From: Methylorubrum extorquens
GTDB taxonomy: Bacteria > Pseudomonadota > Alphaproteobacteria > Rhizobiales > Beijerinckiaceae
DNA length: 32,000 nucleotides
Direction of reading: 5' to 3'
Assembly (NCBI GenBank): GCA_900234795.1
Contig: LT962688.1
Coordinates: 2,520,001-2,552,000 of the forward strand
This document shows positions 15,832-26,000 of this stretch, in pieces. Within the stretch, counting starts at the first letter, position 1. Every line of letters starts with the position of its first letter. The notes under the pieces were generated by a model. The model did not search any database and was not told the origin of the DNA. It saw only the letters and a program-made list of their open reading frames with translations. The position numbers were made by a program, and so were the translations under genes.

Positions 15832-16974
15832 TCAACCCTCCAGCGGCTCGTCGCTGACCAGCTCGATGCCGAAGCCCGACAGGCCGACATAGGAGCGCGA
15901 CGACGAGGACAGGTTGCGGATCGAGACGACGCCGAGATCGCGGAGGATCTGCGCGCCGAGGCCCACTTCGCGCCACTGGCGCACGCGCTGCGCCTCGGCG
16001 CCCTCTTCCTCCGCGTAGCGGTTGAGCGGCACGCCCGCGGTGCCGTCGCGCAGATAGACGAGGATGCCGCGGCCCTCCTTGGCGAAGCGGCGCATCACGC
16101 TCTCGATCTGCCCCCCGCCCTCGATCACGTCGGCGACGACGTTGGAGCGGTGCAGGCGCACCGGCATGTTGCGGCCGTCGCCGATGGCGCCGTGGACGAA
16201 GGCGAATTGCTGGATCGGCTCGAACGGCGTGACATAGGCGTAGCCGGTCATCGCGCCGAACTCGGTCTTCACCGGGAAGGTGCCGACCCGTTCGACCAGC
16301 CGGTCGCGGGCCTGCCGGTAGGCGATGAGATCGGCCACCGAAACTCGCTTGAGGCTGTGCTGCTCGGAAAAGGCGTCGATCTGCGGCCCCTTCATTACGG
16401 TGCCGTCGTCGTTGGCGAGTTCGCAGATCACGCCGACCGGCGGCAGACCCGCGAGCTTGCACAGATCGACCGCGGCTTCCGTATGCCCGGAGCGCATCAG
16501 CACGCCGCCGTCGCGGGCGATGAGCGGGAAGACGTGGCCCGGCCGCACGAAGTCGCCCGCGCCCATATTGCCGTTGGCGAGCGCGCGCACCGTGTTGCAG
16601 CGCTGCTCGGCCGAGATGCCGGTGGTGAGGCCGTGGCGAACATCCACTGTCACGGTGAAGGCGGTGCCGAGCGGCGCGTCGTTCGAGGCCACCATCGGGT
16701 CGAGATGGAGACGGCGCGCCTCGTCGAGGGTGATCGGCGCGCAGACGATGCCGCAGGTGTTGCGGATGATGAACGCCATCTTCTCCGGCGTGCAGAGCGA
16801 GGCGGCGACGACGAGGTCGCCCTCGTTCTCGCGATCGTCGTCGTCGGTAACGACCACGATCTCGCCGCGGGCGAAGGCTTCGATGGCCTCGGTGACGCTG
16901 CAATGGGGCAAGGGCTTCGTCTCGTTCAGCGGTTCGAAAAGAGTCGTTACACCAATCGACGATCCCCCATCCAC
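15832..16974 (-). CDS. ribB: 3,4-dihydroxy-2-butanone-4-phosphate synthase fused to a degenerate GTP-cyclohydrolase-II-like domain (RibBX-like)
   Basis: ORF 15832..16974. The N-domain reads VVVTDDDDRENEGDLVVAA...TVDVRHGLTTGISA...RPGHVFPL...GGVLMRSGHTEAAVDL. The C-domain keeps ...AKEGRGILVYLRD... but lacks the three Zn-binding Cys of RibA. The first 14 or so codons after GTG 16974 have many A/T third positions, so the true start may be further downstream, for example TTG 16911. Confidence 0.85.
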   Translation of the reverse strand: MDGGSSIGVTTLFEPLNETKPLPHCSVTEAIEAFARGEIVVVTDDDDRENEGDLVVAASLCTPEKMAFIIRNTCGIVCAPITLDEARRLHLDPMVASNDAPLGTAFTVTVDVRHGLTTGISAEQRCNTVRALANGNMGAGDFVRPGHVFPLIARDGGVLMRSGHTEAAVDLCKLAGLPPVGVICELANDDGTVMKGPQIDAFSEQHSLKRVSVADLIAYRQARDRLVERVGTFPVKTEFGAMTGYAYVTPFEPIQQFAFVHGAIGDGRNMPVRLHRSNVVADVIEGGGQIESVMRRFAKEGRGILVYLRDGTAGVPLNRYAEEEGAEAQRVRQWREVGLGAQILRDLGVVSIRNLSSSSRSYVGLSGFGIELVSDEPLEG

Positions 16975-16976
16975 CG

Positions 16977-17015
16977 CCTCACCCTGAGGCCGCTTCGCGG
17001 CACCTCAGGGTGAGG
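16977..17015 (-). terminator. 13-bp perfect-stem hairpin (CCTCACCCTGAGG / CCTCAGGGTGAGG) between the aroC stop and the ribB start; a member of the same repeat family as 4260-4370
   Basis: The arms 16977-16989 and 17003-17015 are exact reverse complements, with a 13-nt loop ccgcttcgcggca. The string CCGCTtCGCGGCACCTCAGGgTGAGG closely matches CCGCTaTCGCGGGCACCTCAGGaTGAGG at 4343-4370. There is no U-run, so terminator function is inferred only. Confidence 0.5.
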
Positions 17016-17039
17016 GGATCGATGGGAGATCGTGCGTTC

Positions 17040-18140
17040 TCACGGGCGCTCGCCGTTCTGCCCGCGATGGCGAAGAGTGTGGTCGGCCAGCACGCAGGCC
17101 ATCATCGCCTCGGCGACGGGGACGGCGCGGATGCCGACGCAGGGGTCGTGGCGGCCCTTGGTGATGAGATCGATCTCAGCCCCGTCGCGGTTCACGCTCT
17201 GGCGCGGCGTGAGGATCGAGGAGGTCGGCTTCACGGCAAACCGGACAACCACCGGCTCGCCCGACGAAATGCCGCCTAAGATTCCGCCGGCATGGTTGGC
17301 GAGGAAGCGCGGGCGGCCGTCATTGCCGGCGCGCATCTCGTCGGCATTGTCCTCGCCGCGCAACGCGGCGGCCGCGAAGCCATCGCCGATCTCGACGCCC
17401 TTGACCGCGTTGATCGACATCATCGCTGCGGCGAGATCCGCGTCGAGCTTGCCGTAGATCGGTGCGCCGAGGCCGGGCGGCACGCCTTCGGCCACCACCT
17501 CGATCACCGCGCCGACCGAGGAGCCGCTTTTGCGGATTTCGTCGAGATAGGTCTCGTAGAGCGCCGCCGCCTTCGCGTCAGGGCAGAAGAACGGATTTTG
17601 GCCGACCTGCTCCCAATCCCAGTTCGTGCGGTCGATGGCGTGCGGCCCCATCTGCACCAGGGCGGCGCGGATGGTAATGCCGGGGATGACCTTGCGCGCC
17701 ACCGCGCCGGCCGCGACCCGCGCGGCGGTCTCGCGGGCGGAGGAGCGTCCGCCGCCGCGATAGTCGCGGATGCCGTACTTGGCGTCGTAGGTGAAGTCGG
17801 CGTGGCCGGGGCGGTAGCTGTCGCGGATCTCGGAATAGTCTTTTGAGCGCTGATCGGTGTTCTCGATCATCAGCGCGATCGGCGTGCCGGTGGTGAGTTG
17901 GCGCCCGCCGGTGCGGTCGTCGCTGAACACGCCGGACAGGATCTTCACCTGATCGGGCTCGCGCCGCTGCGTGGTGAAGCGCGACTGGCCGGGCTTGCGC
18001 CGGTCGAGCTCCGCCTGGATCTCGTCCACCTCCAGCGCGAGGCCGGGCGGGCACCCGTCCACCACGCAGCCGAGCGCCACCCCGTGGCTCTCGCCGAAGG
18101 TGGTGACGCGGAACAGGTGGCCGAAGGTGTTGTGCGACAT
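17040..18140 (-). CDS. aroC: Chorismate synthase
   Basis: ORF 17040..18140 with an ATG start. It reads [33 protein letters not shown]...[18 protein letters not shown]..., 366 aa. Confidence 0.95.
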   Translation of the reverse strand: MSHNTFGHLFRVTTFGESHGVALGCVVDGCPPGLALEVDEIQAELDRRKPGQSRFTTQRREPDQVKILSGVFSDDRTGGRQLTTGTPIALMIENTDQRSKDYSEIRDSYRPGHADFTYDAKYGIRDYRGGGRSSARETAARVAAGAVARKVIPGITIRAALVQMGPHAIDRTNWDWEQVGQNPFFCPDAKAAALYETYLDEIRKSGSSVGAVIEVVAEGVPPGLGAPIYGKLDADLAAAMMSINAVKGVEIGDGFAAAALRGEDNADEMRAGNDGRPRFLANHAGGILGGISSGEPVVVRFAVKPTSSILTPRQSVNRDGAEIDLITKGRHDPCVGIRAVPVAEAMMACVLADHTLRHRGQNGERP

Positions 18141-18205
18141 GGCGCGCGTGCCTTAGCGCGGGTTGCCGCGAAGGGCCAGCTTTCGGCTGCGACGCCTGCT
18201 CTGCT

Positions 18206-18799
18206 TCAGAGTATCAGCCCGCCCCGCGCCTTCAGCGCCCAGTAGGCGGCGAGGCCGGTGGCGAGGTCGGCGCGCAGGCGCCGCTCGTCGGCCAGGGTAG
18301 CGAGATCGTAGGTCAGGCCGAGGATATGGGCGGCCTCGTAGCCCTCGGGCAACTCGCCCGCGCTGCCGAGGGTGATCGCCGAGACCGGCAGGACATCTGA
18401 GAAATCCGAGAGCCGTTGCCGCAGCCGGGCCCCGCTAGCGCGCAGGTACTCGCCCGAGCGCGGCCCGTGCTCGCGGATCGCCGCCACGGTTCCTTGCGCC
18501 AGGGAGAGATGCACCGCCTCCCGGTGCGCCGGGAACAGGTAGACGAGATAGTAGCCGCGGGTGGCGCTCGTCGTCACGGCGGGGTCGAACACCGCAAGCC
18601 ACGGCACCGCGGCCCAATGGCTGCCGCGGCCGGGGCTGCCCTTGACCACGAACGGGCCGTCCAGCGGCGCGAGGACCCGGCGCAGCTCGTCCGGCGCGCC
18701 TTTTCGGATCACGTGTGCGAGCGGATGCCCGGCCGGCGGGTCGGTGCGCGCGAGCGGGTATTCTTCGACGATACGGCGCAGGGCGTGGCCGAGGCTCAC
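18206..18799 (-). CDS. Standalone McrB-N-terminal-like (MrcB_N / DUF3578) domain protein
   Basis: ORF 18206..18799 with a GTG start. It reads LRRIVEEYPLART...GHPLAHVIRKGAPDELRRVL...FVVKGSPGRGSHWAAVPWLAVFDPAVTTSATRGYYLVYLFPAHREAVHLSLAQG...GYEAAHILGLTYD. This follows the DUF3578 pattern (...KGS.G.GNWA.VPWIAIFD...TTSA..GYYIVYLF......YLSLNQG) as I remember it. No AAA+/GTPase or nuclease domain follows. Confidence 0.7.
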   Translation of the reverse strand: MSLGHALRRIVEEYPLARTDPPAGHPLAHVIRKGAPDELRRVLAPLDGPFVVKGSPGRGSHWAAVPWLAVFDPAVTTSATRGYYLVYLFPAHREAVHLSLAQGTVAAIREHGPRSGEYLRASGARLRQRLSDFSDVLPVSAITLGSAGELPEGYEAAHILGLTYDLATLADERRLRADLATGLAAYWALKARGGLIL

Positions 18800-18808
18800 G
18801 AGAAGAAC

Positions 18809-19942
18809 TCAGGGCTCAGAGACAATCCCACCCGTGACCGGCGCGGCGACGCCCGTGGTCGTCGGGTAGGTCAGCGGCAGGCCTTCCAACGAGCGCAGCG
18901 CGAGGTAGGCGAAGGCTTGGGCCTCCAGAAAATCCGAGGACCAGCCGATCGCGTCGGCGTTCAGCACTTCCGCCTTGAGGAGCCGTTCCAGCATCGCCAT
19001 GAGCGTGCGGTTTCTCGCGCCCCCGCCGCCGACGATCCAGCGGGTTGGGCGCTCGCCGGCGAAGGCGAGACTGCGGGCGACGGCGTGGGCGGTGAAGGCG
19101 GTGAGCGTCGCCGCCCCGTCCTCGATCGTGAGATAGCCGGCGAGACGATGCGAGAACCAGTTCCGGTCCAGCGATTTCGGCGGCGCGCGCAGGATCAGCG
19201 GATGGCCGAGCAGGTTTTCGAGCAGACCTTCATCCACCGTGCCGCGGGCGGCGGTTGCGCCCCCCTCATCGAAATCCTGACCCGTGCGCTCCTTCATCCA
19301 GTCGTTGATCGGCCCGTTGCCTGGCCCGGTATCGAAGGCGAGCATGTTGCCGCCGGAATCGATCAGGGTGGCATTGGCGAGGCCGCCGATATTGAGGATG
19401 CCGAGCGGGCCGGTGAAGCCCGCGGCCTCGGCCAGCCCCTTGTGGAACACCGGCACCAGCGGCGCGCCCTGGCCGCCCTGCGCCACGTCGTTGGCGCGCA
19501 TGTCGGACACGACGCGGATGCCGAGACGCTTGGCCAGAGCCGCGCCGTCGCCGATCTGGACCGTGAGGCCGAGCTTCGGCCGGTGGATCACCGTCTGACC
19601 GTGGAAGCCGATGACGTCGATATCCTCGGGCCGAAGGTCGTTCTCCGCCAGGAACGCTTCGATCGCCTCGGCATGGGCGCGGGTGACGAAATCTTCCGCC
19701 TCCGCAAGGCGTCCCGGCCGGTCGGTGCGCGCCCGCAGCCCTTCCGCGTCACGGGTCGCCTCGCGCAGCAGCGCCCTCTCGGCCTCCGCGTAGCCGCGAT
19801 AGCCCGTCGGCCCGAGCGGCGCGACGAGACCGTTGGCGGATTTGACGAGGCGGATGCGCGCGCCGTCGCTCTCGATCAGCGCCACGTCGATCCCGTCGAG
19901 AGACGTGCCGCTCATCAGGCCGATCGCGCGCTTCATCGCCAT
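18809..19942 (-). CDS. anmK: Anhydro-N-acetylmuramic acid kinase
   Basis: This lies within ORF 18809..20062. ATG at 19942 (or 19936) gives MAMKRAIGLMSGTSLDGIDVALIESDG...LNIGGLANATL...FDTGPGNGPINDW... The track ORF extends spuriously into the divergent promoter region. Confidence 0.9.
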   Translation of the reverse strand: MAMKRAIGLMSGTSLDGIDVALIESDGARIRLVKSANGLVAPLGPTGYRGYAEAERALLREATRDAEGLRARTDRPGRLAEAEDFVTRAHAEAIEAFLAENDLRPEDIDVIGFHGQTVIHRPKLGLTVQIGDGAALAKRLGIRVVSDMRANDVAQGGQGAPLVPVFHKGLAEAAGFTGPLGILNIGGLANATLIDSGGNMLAFDTGPGNGPINDWMKERTGQDFDEGGATAARGTVDEGLLENLLGHPLILRAPPKSLDRNWFSHRLAGYLTIEDGAATLTAFTAHAVARSLAFAGERPTRWIVGGGGARNRTLMAMLERLLKAEVLNADAIGWSSDFLEAQAFAYLALRSLEGLPLTYPTTTGVAAPVTGGIVSEP

Positions 19943-20082
19943 GGCCGTCCCTGTCCCCCAAAATCCGGGCTCGTGCCTTTCGCGGCCTGCCCTGCTAAGA
20001 GCGCGCGCGAGCGCTTCCCCTCGCGGGATAGCATTGCGGCCGCGCCCCTGTCGCGCCGCCAAACCATCCGAGACCGATCACC

Positions 20083-21354
20083 ATGACCGCCGAGAGCTTC
20101 GCGCCGAAATCCGACTTCATCCGGGTGCTGCAGGAGCGCGGCTACATCCATCAGGCCTCCGACCTCGCCGGCATCGACGCCCTGGCGGCGGAAGGGGGGC
20201 TGACGACCTATACCGGCTACGATTGCACGGCGGCCTCGCTCCATGTCGGTCACCTGCTGTCGATCATGATGCTGCACTGGCTGCAGAAGACCGGCGGCAA
20301 GCCGATCGTGCTGATGGGTGGCGGTACCACCCGCGTCGGCGATCCTTCGGGGCGCGACGAGACGCGCAAGATCCTGACGCTGGAGCAGATCGAGGCCAAC
20401 AAGGAAGGCATCAAGCAGACGTTTTCGCGCTTCCTCTCCTTCGGTGAGAGCGGAAACGGTGCGGTCATGGTCGACAACGCCGAGTGGCTGACGAAGCTCA
20501 ACTACATCGAGATGCTGCGCGACATCGGCCGGCACTTCTCGGTTAACCGCATGATGTCGATGGACAGCGTGCGGATGCGGCTGGAGCGCGACCAGGAGCT
20601 GTCGTTCCTCGAATTCAACTACATGATCCTGCAGTCCTACGACTTCGTGGAGCTGAACCGCCGCTTCGGCACCCGCCTGCAGATGGGCGGGTCCGACCAG
20701 TGGGGCAACATCGTCAACGGCATCGATCTCGGCCGCCGCATGGGCACGCCGCAGCTCTTCGCCCTGACCTGCCCGCTCCTGACCACGTCGTCGGGCGCCA
20801 AGATGGGCAAGACCGCCGCCGGCGCCGTGTGGCTCGATGCCGGGATGCTCAGCCCTTACGATTACTGGCAGTTTTGGCGGAACACCGAGGATGCCGATGT
20901 CGGCCGCTTCCTCAAGCTGTTCACGCTGCTGCCGCTCCCCGAGATCGAACGCCTCGCCGCGCTTCAGGGCGCCGAGATCAACGAGGCCAAGACGGTCCTC
21001 GCCACGGAAGCGACGGCGCTGATGCATGGCCCGGACGCCGCCGCCGCCGCCGCCGAAACCGCCCGGAAAACCTTCGTCGAGGGTACGCTGGCGCAGTCCC
21101 TGCCGACGATTCCCGTGCCGCCCGCGGTGCTCGAGGCGGGCCTCGGCGTGCTCACCGCCTTCGGGCCGGATTACGCCAAGCTCGTCCCTTCGACCAGCGA
21201 GGCACGCCGCCAGATCAAGGGCGGCGGCCTTCGGGTCAACGACGTGCAGGTGAGCGACGAGAAGGCGGTGCTGCGGAAAGAAGACCTGACGGCCGAGGGC
21301 GTGATCAAGCTCTCGTTCGGGCGCAAGAAGCACGTGCTGCTGCGGCCGGAATAG
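20083..21354 (+). CDS. tyrS: Tyrosyl-tRNA synthetase
   Basis: ORF 20083..21354 with an ATG start. It reads [22 protein letters not shown] (HIGH region)...[11 protein letters not shown] (KMSKS-like), with an S4-like C-terminus. Length is 423 aa. Confidence 0.95.
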   Translation: MTAESFAPKSDFIRVLQERGYIHQASDLAGIDALAAEGGLTTYTGYDCTAASLHVGHLLSIMMLHWLQKTGGKPIVLMGGGTTRVGDPSGRDETRKILTLEQIEANKEGIKQTFSRFLSFGESGNGAVMVDNAEWLTKLNYIEMLRDIGRHFSVNRMMSMDSVRMRLERDQELSFLEFNYMILQSYDFVELNRRFGTRLQMGGSDQWGNIVNGIDLGRRMGTPQLFALTCPLLTTSSGAKMGKTAAGAVWLDAGMLSPYDYWQFWRNTEDADVGRFLKLFTLLPLPEIERLAALQGAEINEAKTVLATEATALMHGPDAAAAAAETARKTFVEGTLAQSLPTIPVPPAVLEAGLGVLTAFGPDYAKLVPSTSEARRQIKGGGLRVNDVQVSDEKAVLRKEDLTAEGVIKLSFGRKKHVLLRPE

Positions 21355-21368
21355 CCGATCCGCCCGGC

Positions 21369-21393
21369 CAGGGGTCCGTACCATGGGCCCCTG
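21369..21393. terminator. Hairpin between convergent tyrS and the desaturase gene
   Basis: CAGGGGTCC (21369-21377) pairs with GGGCCCCTG (21385-21393), 9 bp including one G-U, with a 7-nt loop. There is no clear U-run on either strand. Confidence 0.35.
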
Positions 21394-21413
21394 ATCGATA
21401 CGCGTCCCGCGCG

Positions 21414-22502
21414 TCAGGCGGCCTGAAGCCCGCGCACTCGGGCGAAGCCGACCATCTTGCGTGCCTCTTCGTCCCAGAGCGCCAGCTTCAGGCAGTGCAG
21501 GCTGTCGCGCAGGGTCAGGCGGCCCACCCGACCGAGAACCTCGTGGCCGTCGAGGCATTCCTGCAGCCGGTAATTCGGGATGCGGCTGTTGAGGTGGTGG
21601 ACGTGGTGCAGGCCGACATTGCCGGTGAACCACTGAAGAACCCGCGGCAGCGCGTAGTAGGAACTGCCGCCGAGCGCCACGCGGTGAAAGTCCCAGGCGT
21701 CGGCCTCTTCCCAGACGGTCTCCTCGTACTGGTGCTGGACATAGAACAGCCAGCCGCCGACCCAGGCGGCGACGGCGATCACCGGCAGGAACACCCAGAG
21801 CACCGGCCCGATGCCGCCGACGGCCAGCGCCAGTACCGCAAAGGCCGCAAGGAGCACGGCGTCGAGCGCCAGCACATCGCGCCATGCCGTCCGCCACGGG
21901 AGCCCGACGCCGGTGGGCAGGCGCTGCAGGATGAGGAAGTTGATCGGAGAGCCGAGCACAATCAGGATGAGCGGATTGCGGTAGAGGCGATAGCGCAGCC
22001 GGCCCCAGCGCGGCAGCGCGAGGTATTCGCGCACGGTCAAGGTGTGGACGTCGCCCGTGCCGCGGCGGCTGAGATCGCCGGTCGTAGCGTGATGCAGCGC
22101 ATGCGCGCGCTTCCAGCTGTCGTAGGGCGTCACCGTCAGCAGGCTGAGGGCGCGGCCGAGCCCATCGTTGCCGCGGCGTGACGGCAGGAACGAGCCGTGC
22201 CCACAATCGTGCTGGATGATGAAGAGCCTCACAAGGAGACCGCCCGCGGGCACCGCCAGCGGCAGGGCGAGAAGCGCGTAGCCGTTCGCCGCCGCGACGA
22301 GCATCACCGCGCAGAGGATCAGGTAGGGCAGCAGCGTATCGGCCACCTGCCGAAAGGCCATCCGGGGTATCGGTTCGCGGAACGCGGCGCAGTGTCGGGC
22401 CACCTCCCGCGCGAGCTTCGCGTCCTCGGTTCGGGCGTCCTCGTCCGCGAGCGGGCCTTGCGCGGTCGGGTTCAATGGTGCGGCGATCACAGTGACCGGC
22501 AA
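21414..22502 (-). CDS. Membrane fatty-acid desaturase
   Basis: ORF 21414..22502. It has three His boxes (HDCGHGS, HALHHATTG, HHVHHLNS) and multiple TM segments. The start is uncertain: TTG at 22502 has no spaced SD, and GTG at 22490 is the alternative. Confidence 0.85.
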   Translation of the reverse strand: MPVTVIAAPLNPTAQGPLADEDARTEDAKLAREVARHCAAFREPIPRMAFRQVADTLLPYLILCAVMLVAAANGYALLALPLAVPAGGLLVRLFIIQHDCGHGSFLPSRRGNDGLGRALSLLTVTPYDSWKRAHALHHATTGDLSRRGTGDVHTLTVREYLALPRWGRLRYRLYRNPLILIVLGSPINFLILQRLPTGVGLPWRTAWRDVLALDAVLLAAFAVLALAVGGIGPVLWVFLPVIAVAAWVGGWLFYVQHQYEETVWEEADAWDFHRVALGGSSYYALPRVLQWFTGNVGLHHVHHLNSRIPNYRLQECLDGHEVLGRVGRLTLRDSLHCLKLALWDEEARKMVGFARVRGLQAA

Positions 22503-23088
22503 TCCTGTTCGTCGAGCGCCTTGCGAGGCGGGATAGGCGTGAAAAGGAGCCGATCACGTGATGCGACCGGGCCGCTGCGGTCGGTCCCGCTTCCACGGTC
22601 CGAACGGTTCGTCGTTGAGGTTCCGGCCAAGCCGGTCCGAGGGGGCGACCCGCTCGGCCCTGCGCCGTGATCTCACGGGGATTGGGACGGAAGGATGACT
22701 TTCCCCGCCCTTCGAAGACGCTGCGATGAGCGCCGGACTTGGGTGGGGGACTTGGACGCGGGAGCCGTCACCGGTCAGGCCGTTCGAACCGGTTGGCCTC
22801 AAGGCCGTATGCGAAAGGCCGATCCTTGGAAAGGCGCGACTTTGTAGCATCGTCCCGCCGCCGATCCGCCCCGCGCGGATTTTCGATACGGGCACTTCGT
22901 GGGCTCTGTCGCTTGCGTCATCAGGCTCAACGCACTCACTGAGAGTGCGACGCCGCCGAGCGCTGTTGTGCCGCATCGCGCCCGATCAAAGCCGGCTCTC
23001 GGCGCAGTTCGGATGTCGTCCGCTCGATCATCCACTCCCAAGCCCGGCCGGCCTCTCCCTGCGGTCAGGACGGCGGAGTTTCCGAACC

Positions 23089-26000
23089 CTACCGCTCGGG
23101 CCCGCTTGGCCCGGCGCCGTTGGCGAAGGTGTCGCCGCTTCCGGCGCCGAAAAGTTTTCGCAGGAAGCCGGGGGCGACCGCCGAGAGCGGGTTCACGTTG
23201 ACCGTCGGTTTGGCGATCGGTCCCGAGACGTTGAAGTTCACCGCGAACAGGCCCTCGTTGCTGCCGCCCGCCAGCAGCGGCCCGAACAACGGCACCTGCG
23301 CCACCACGTTGTTGAGCCCGTAGAGCGGCACGAAGGTGCCGTCGATCTGCGTGCGCTCCTTGGCCGTGTCGAGCCAGCCGGTCGCGGTGAAGCCCATCGC
23401 CGCGTTCGAGATCGCCGCGTCGGAAAAGCTCACCCGCGGGCCGCTGCGGGTGAAGTTCGCGCGCATCTTGTCGAAGCCGACATCGTTGGCGTTCGGGGCG
23501 GCGCGCCGTCCGTCCGAGGGCGGCGGGGCCTGGGCGACGATGCTCGACAGGGCCGGTTCGTTGCGCAGGGCAAAGTCCTTGATCTGGACCACGCCGGCCT
23601 GCGGACCGTCGTTGAGGTAGACGTTGAGCGCAAGCCGCCCGCCATACATCCGCTTGTAGATGTCGAGGAAGCGCAGCGTCGCGCCGGAATCGGCGGAGTC
23701 GAGGGTCAGCAGCGGTGCGCCGCGCTCGCTTCGGACTACGGCGCTGAGCGGGGAACCGCCGAAACGGCCCTTGAAGTGGGCGGCACGCAGGTCACCGCCC
23801 TTGAAGCTCGCCTTCAGTGTCGCGTTGGTGAGCGACTCGCCGTTGAAGCCGGAGACGATGTTGGCGGCGACATCCGCCTCGATGTCCTTGCCGGGCTCCT
23901 TGCCGCCCTTGTCGTCGCCGCTCGTCATGCCCTTGAGGAAGGGCCGCGCATCGACGACGGCGCCCTTCACCGCGACCTTGTAGGTCGAGCCGGCCCGGTC
24001 GAGGCTGACGCGCATGTCGTCGCCCGGCGAGAGCTTGAGCGCGGTCAGGTCCGCCCGCTCCAGATTGCCCTCGGCCGAGATCGTGGCGCTGCCGCGGGCG
24101 AGCGCGGGGGCAGCGTCGAGGGTGATGTCGCGCAGCTCCATGCCGCCGCCCGCCGCCTCCACAAGGGTGAAGCCGAGACGTCCGGCCTTGCCCGCGGGCT
24201 TGCTCCAGCCGGGCATCAGACCGTTGATCGAGGCGCGGGTCAGGTCCGCCTCGACGCGGGCCGGCGGCTTGCCGGCGGAGGCGGGGCGCCCCACCGGCAA
24301 CACGACGCGGGCCGGGATGACGCCGCCGAGCTGCGGCGCGGTGGGCAGGCCGCGCTTGGCCCGGAAGGCGTCGTCGAGGTTCAGGCTCACCACCGCCTCG
24401 CCGGGGGCGCCGGGCTTGGGCTGCTTCAGGTCGATGGCGACGGCGGCGCCGAGCAGCCGCCCGTCGCCCTTGAGGGCGAAGCCGCTGCGGTCGAAGGAGA
24501 GCGTGAAGCGGCCCGCCTCGAAGCGGTCCTTGCCGACCGCCTTGTCCATGCTGAACTCGGTGATCGAGCCGGTGAGCGTCACCGGCATCTCGGCGAGATC
24601 GGGCACGTGCTTGAGGTTGATCGGCACGTCGATGCGCAGGTCCGCCTTGCCCTTCAGCGTGGCCGGATCGATGTCGGCGCCCGTGATTCCCTTGAACATC
24701 GGGGTTTCGAGGAGTGCGGCCAGCGAATCGACGGAGCCGGACAGCCGCAGGCCGAGCTGGGCGATGATCTTGTCCGGCTGCGGATCGCGGATCAGGAAGG
24801 ACGCGTCCGAGATCGTCAGGGCCCGCGTGTCGGAAAGGCGGATCTCGGCGGTCGCGTTCTGGATCGTCGTGCTGCGGCCGGTGATCGTGCCGGTGACCCG
24901 GCCGTGGCTCAGGGGCGGTGCGTCCTGAGAGATGGTCAGGCCGGCATCCGAGACCGCGAAGGCCACGTTGAGCGCGGCATCCGGCATCGGGTCGCCACGG
25001 GTCGCCGCAGCGAGTTCCGGTCCGCTCATGTCGATCTGGATGTCGGCCTGATCGAGGCGTCCGCCGCGCAGCTCGTCCACGAGGTAGTTACGCACGCCCG
25101 GCGCGATGTTCTCGGGCCAGAGCCGCATGGCCTTGCGGCCGTCGGTGTTGCTGGCGACGATGTGCAGAGTGATGCCTTCGTCGTCGGCCCGCGTGCCGAC
25201 CGTCCCGCTCAGGCGGCCGCGCAGGCCGTCGCCCGCCAGCGCGATCGACTCGATGTTCACGCCCCCGGCCCGGCCGGTGATCCGCCCGCTGATCTCGCCG
25301 ATGCGGAAGGACGGGTCGCTGCGGGCGGCGCCGCGCAGCAGCGCATCCTTGCCGGCGAAATCGAGCGTCCAGGCGTCCACGGCATCGGGCGGACCGATGG
25401 CGAAGGCGCCGGTCAGGTGGGCGTCGTTGCCGCCGCCCTTGTAGTCGATGGCGGAGATGGCGAGCGCGCGCCGCGCCTCGTCCCAGCTCGCCTCGGCGCG
25501 CAGCTCGTCGATGACGACCGGGTTGAAGTCCTTCTCGTCGATGAGGAGCGTGCCGCCGCCGGTCTTCACCTCGGCCTTCATCGTCTCGATGCGGCCGCCC
25601 GACAGCGCCACGTCGGCTCGGGCCGAGAGCTTGAGGTCGGTCTCCACCGGCATCTTCGAGTGGCCGGACAGCAGCAGCAGATCGGTGATGGGCAGGTCGT
25701 CCAGGGTGATGACGCCCGCGCGCCGCCCCTCCCCCGCCTCATGGACCCGGCCGCCGAACCGCCACTCGCCGTGGGGCCCGTCGATGCGCAGCTCGAACAC
25801 CCGCGAATCGTCGCTGGTGCCGCGGCGGAACAGGCCGTTCACCCGTTCGAAGGTGGCCTGATGCCGGGCGTCGTCGACAAGGGTCAGGCGTCCGTTGGTG
25901 ATCCGCGCCCGGTCGAGGGCGCCGATGACGCCGGCCGGATCGAGCACCACGCCGAAGATCGAGGCGACCGCCGCCGAGACTGGCGAGACGGTGCCGCGGG

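Noticed and set aside
16975-17039. An FMN (RFN) riboswitch upstream of ribB; the strings CAGGGTGAGG and GGTGGATGGGGGA vaguely recall RFN motifs
   Set aside because: Only about 65 nt are available (about 128 nt if ribB starts at TTG 16911), and the RFN core elements I remember (ACCGGCGGU, AGCCCGCGAGC, GCCGACAGU) are absent. The matching string belongs to the CCTGAGG repeat family also seen at 4260-4370.
19933-22596. An 887-aa minus-strand ORF, plus ORFs 18416..20086 (+), 20700..22181 (+) and 15694..17013 (+)
   Set aside because: These are off-frame or antisense readings across tyrS, the desaturase, anmK and ribB, all of which have clear motif-bearing translations in other frames.
22765-22800. 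A tRNA-like T-arm (GGCCG TTCGAAC CGGTT)
   Set aside because: There is no complementary acceptor-stem 5' strand about 65-70 nt upstream, and no D-arm or anticodon-arm architecture. It is just one of several short palindromes in this gap.
22554-22976. A 140-aa minus-strand ORF, and the 80-aa ORF 22799..23041, in the long gap upstream of the desaturase
   Set aside because: Both are Arg/Ser/Pro-rich and low in complexity, with no motif and no SD-spaced start. I treat them as non-coding.
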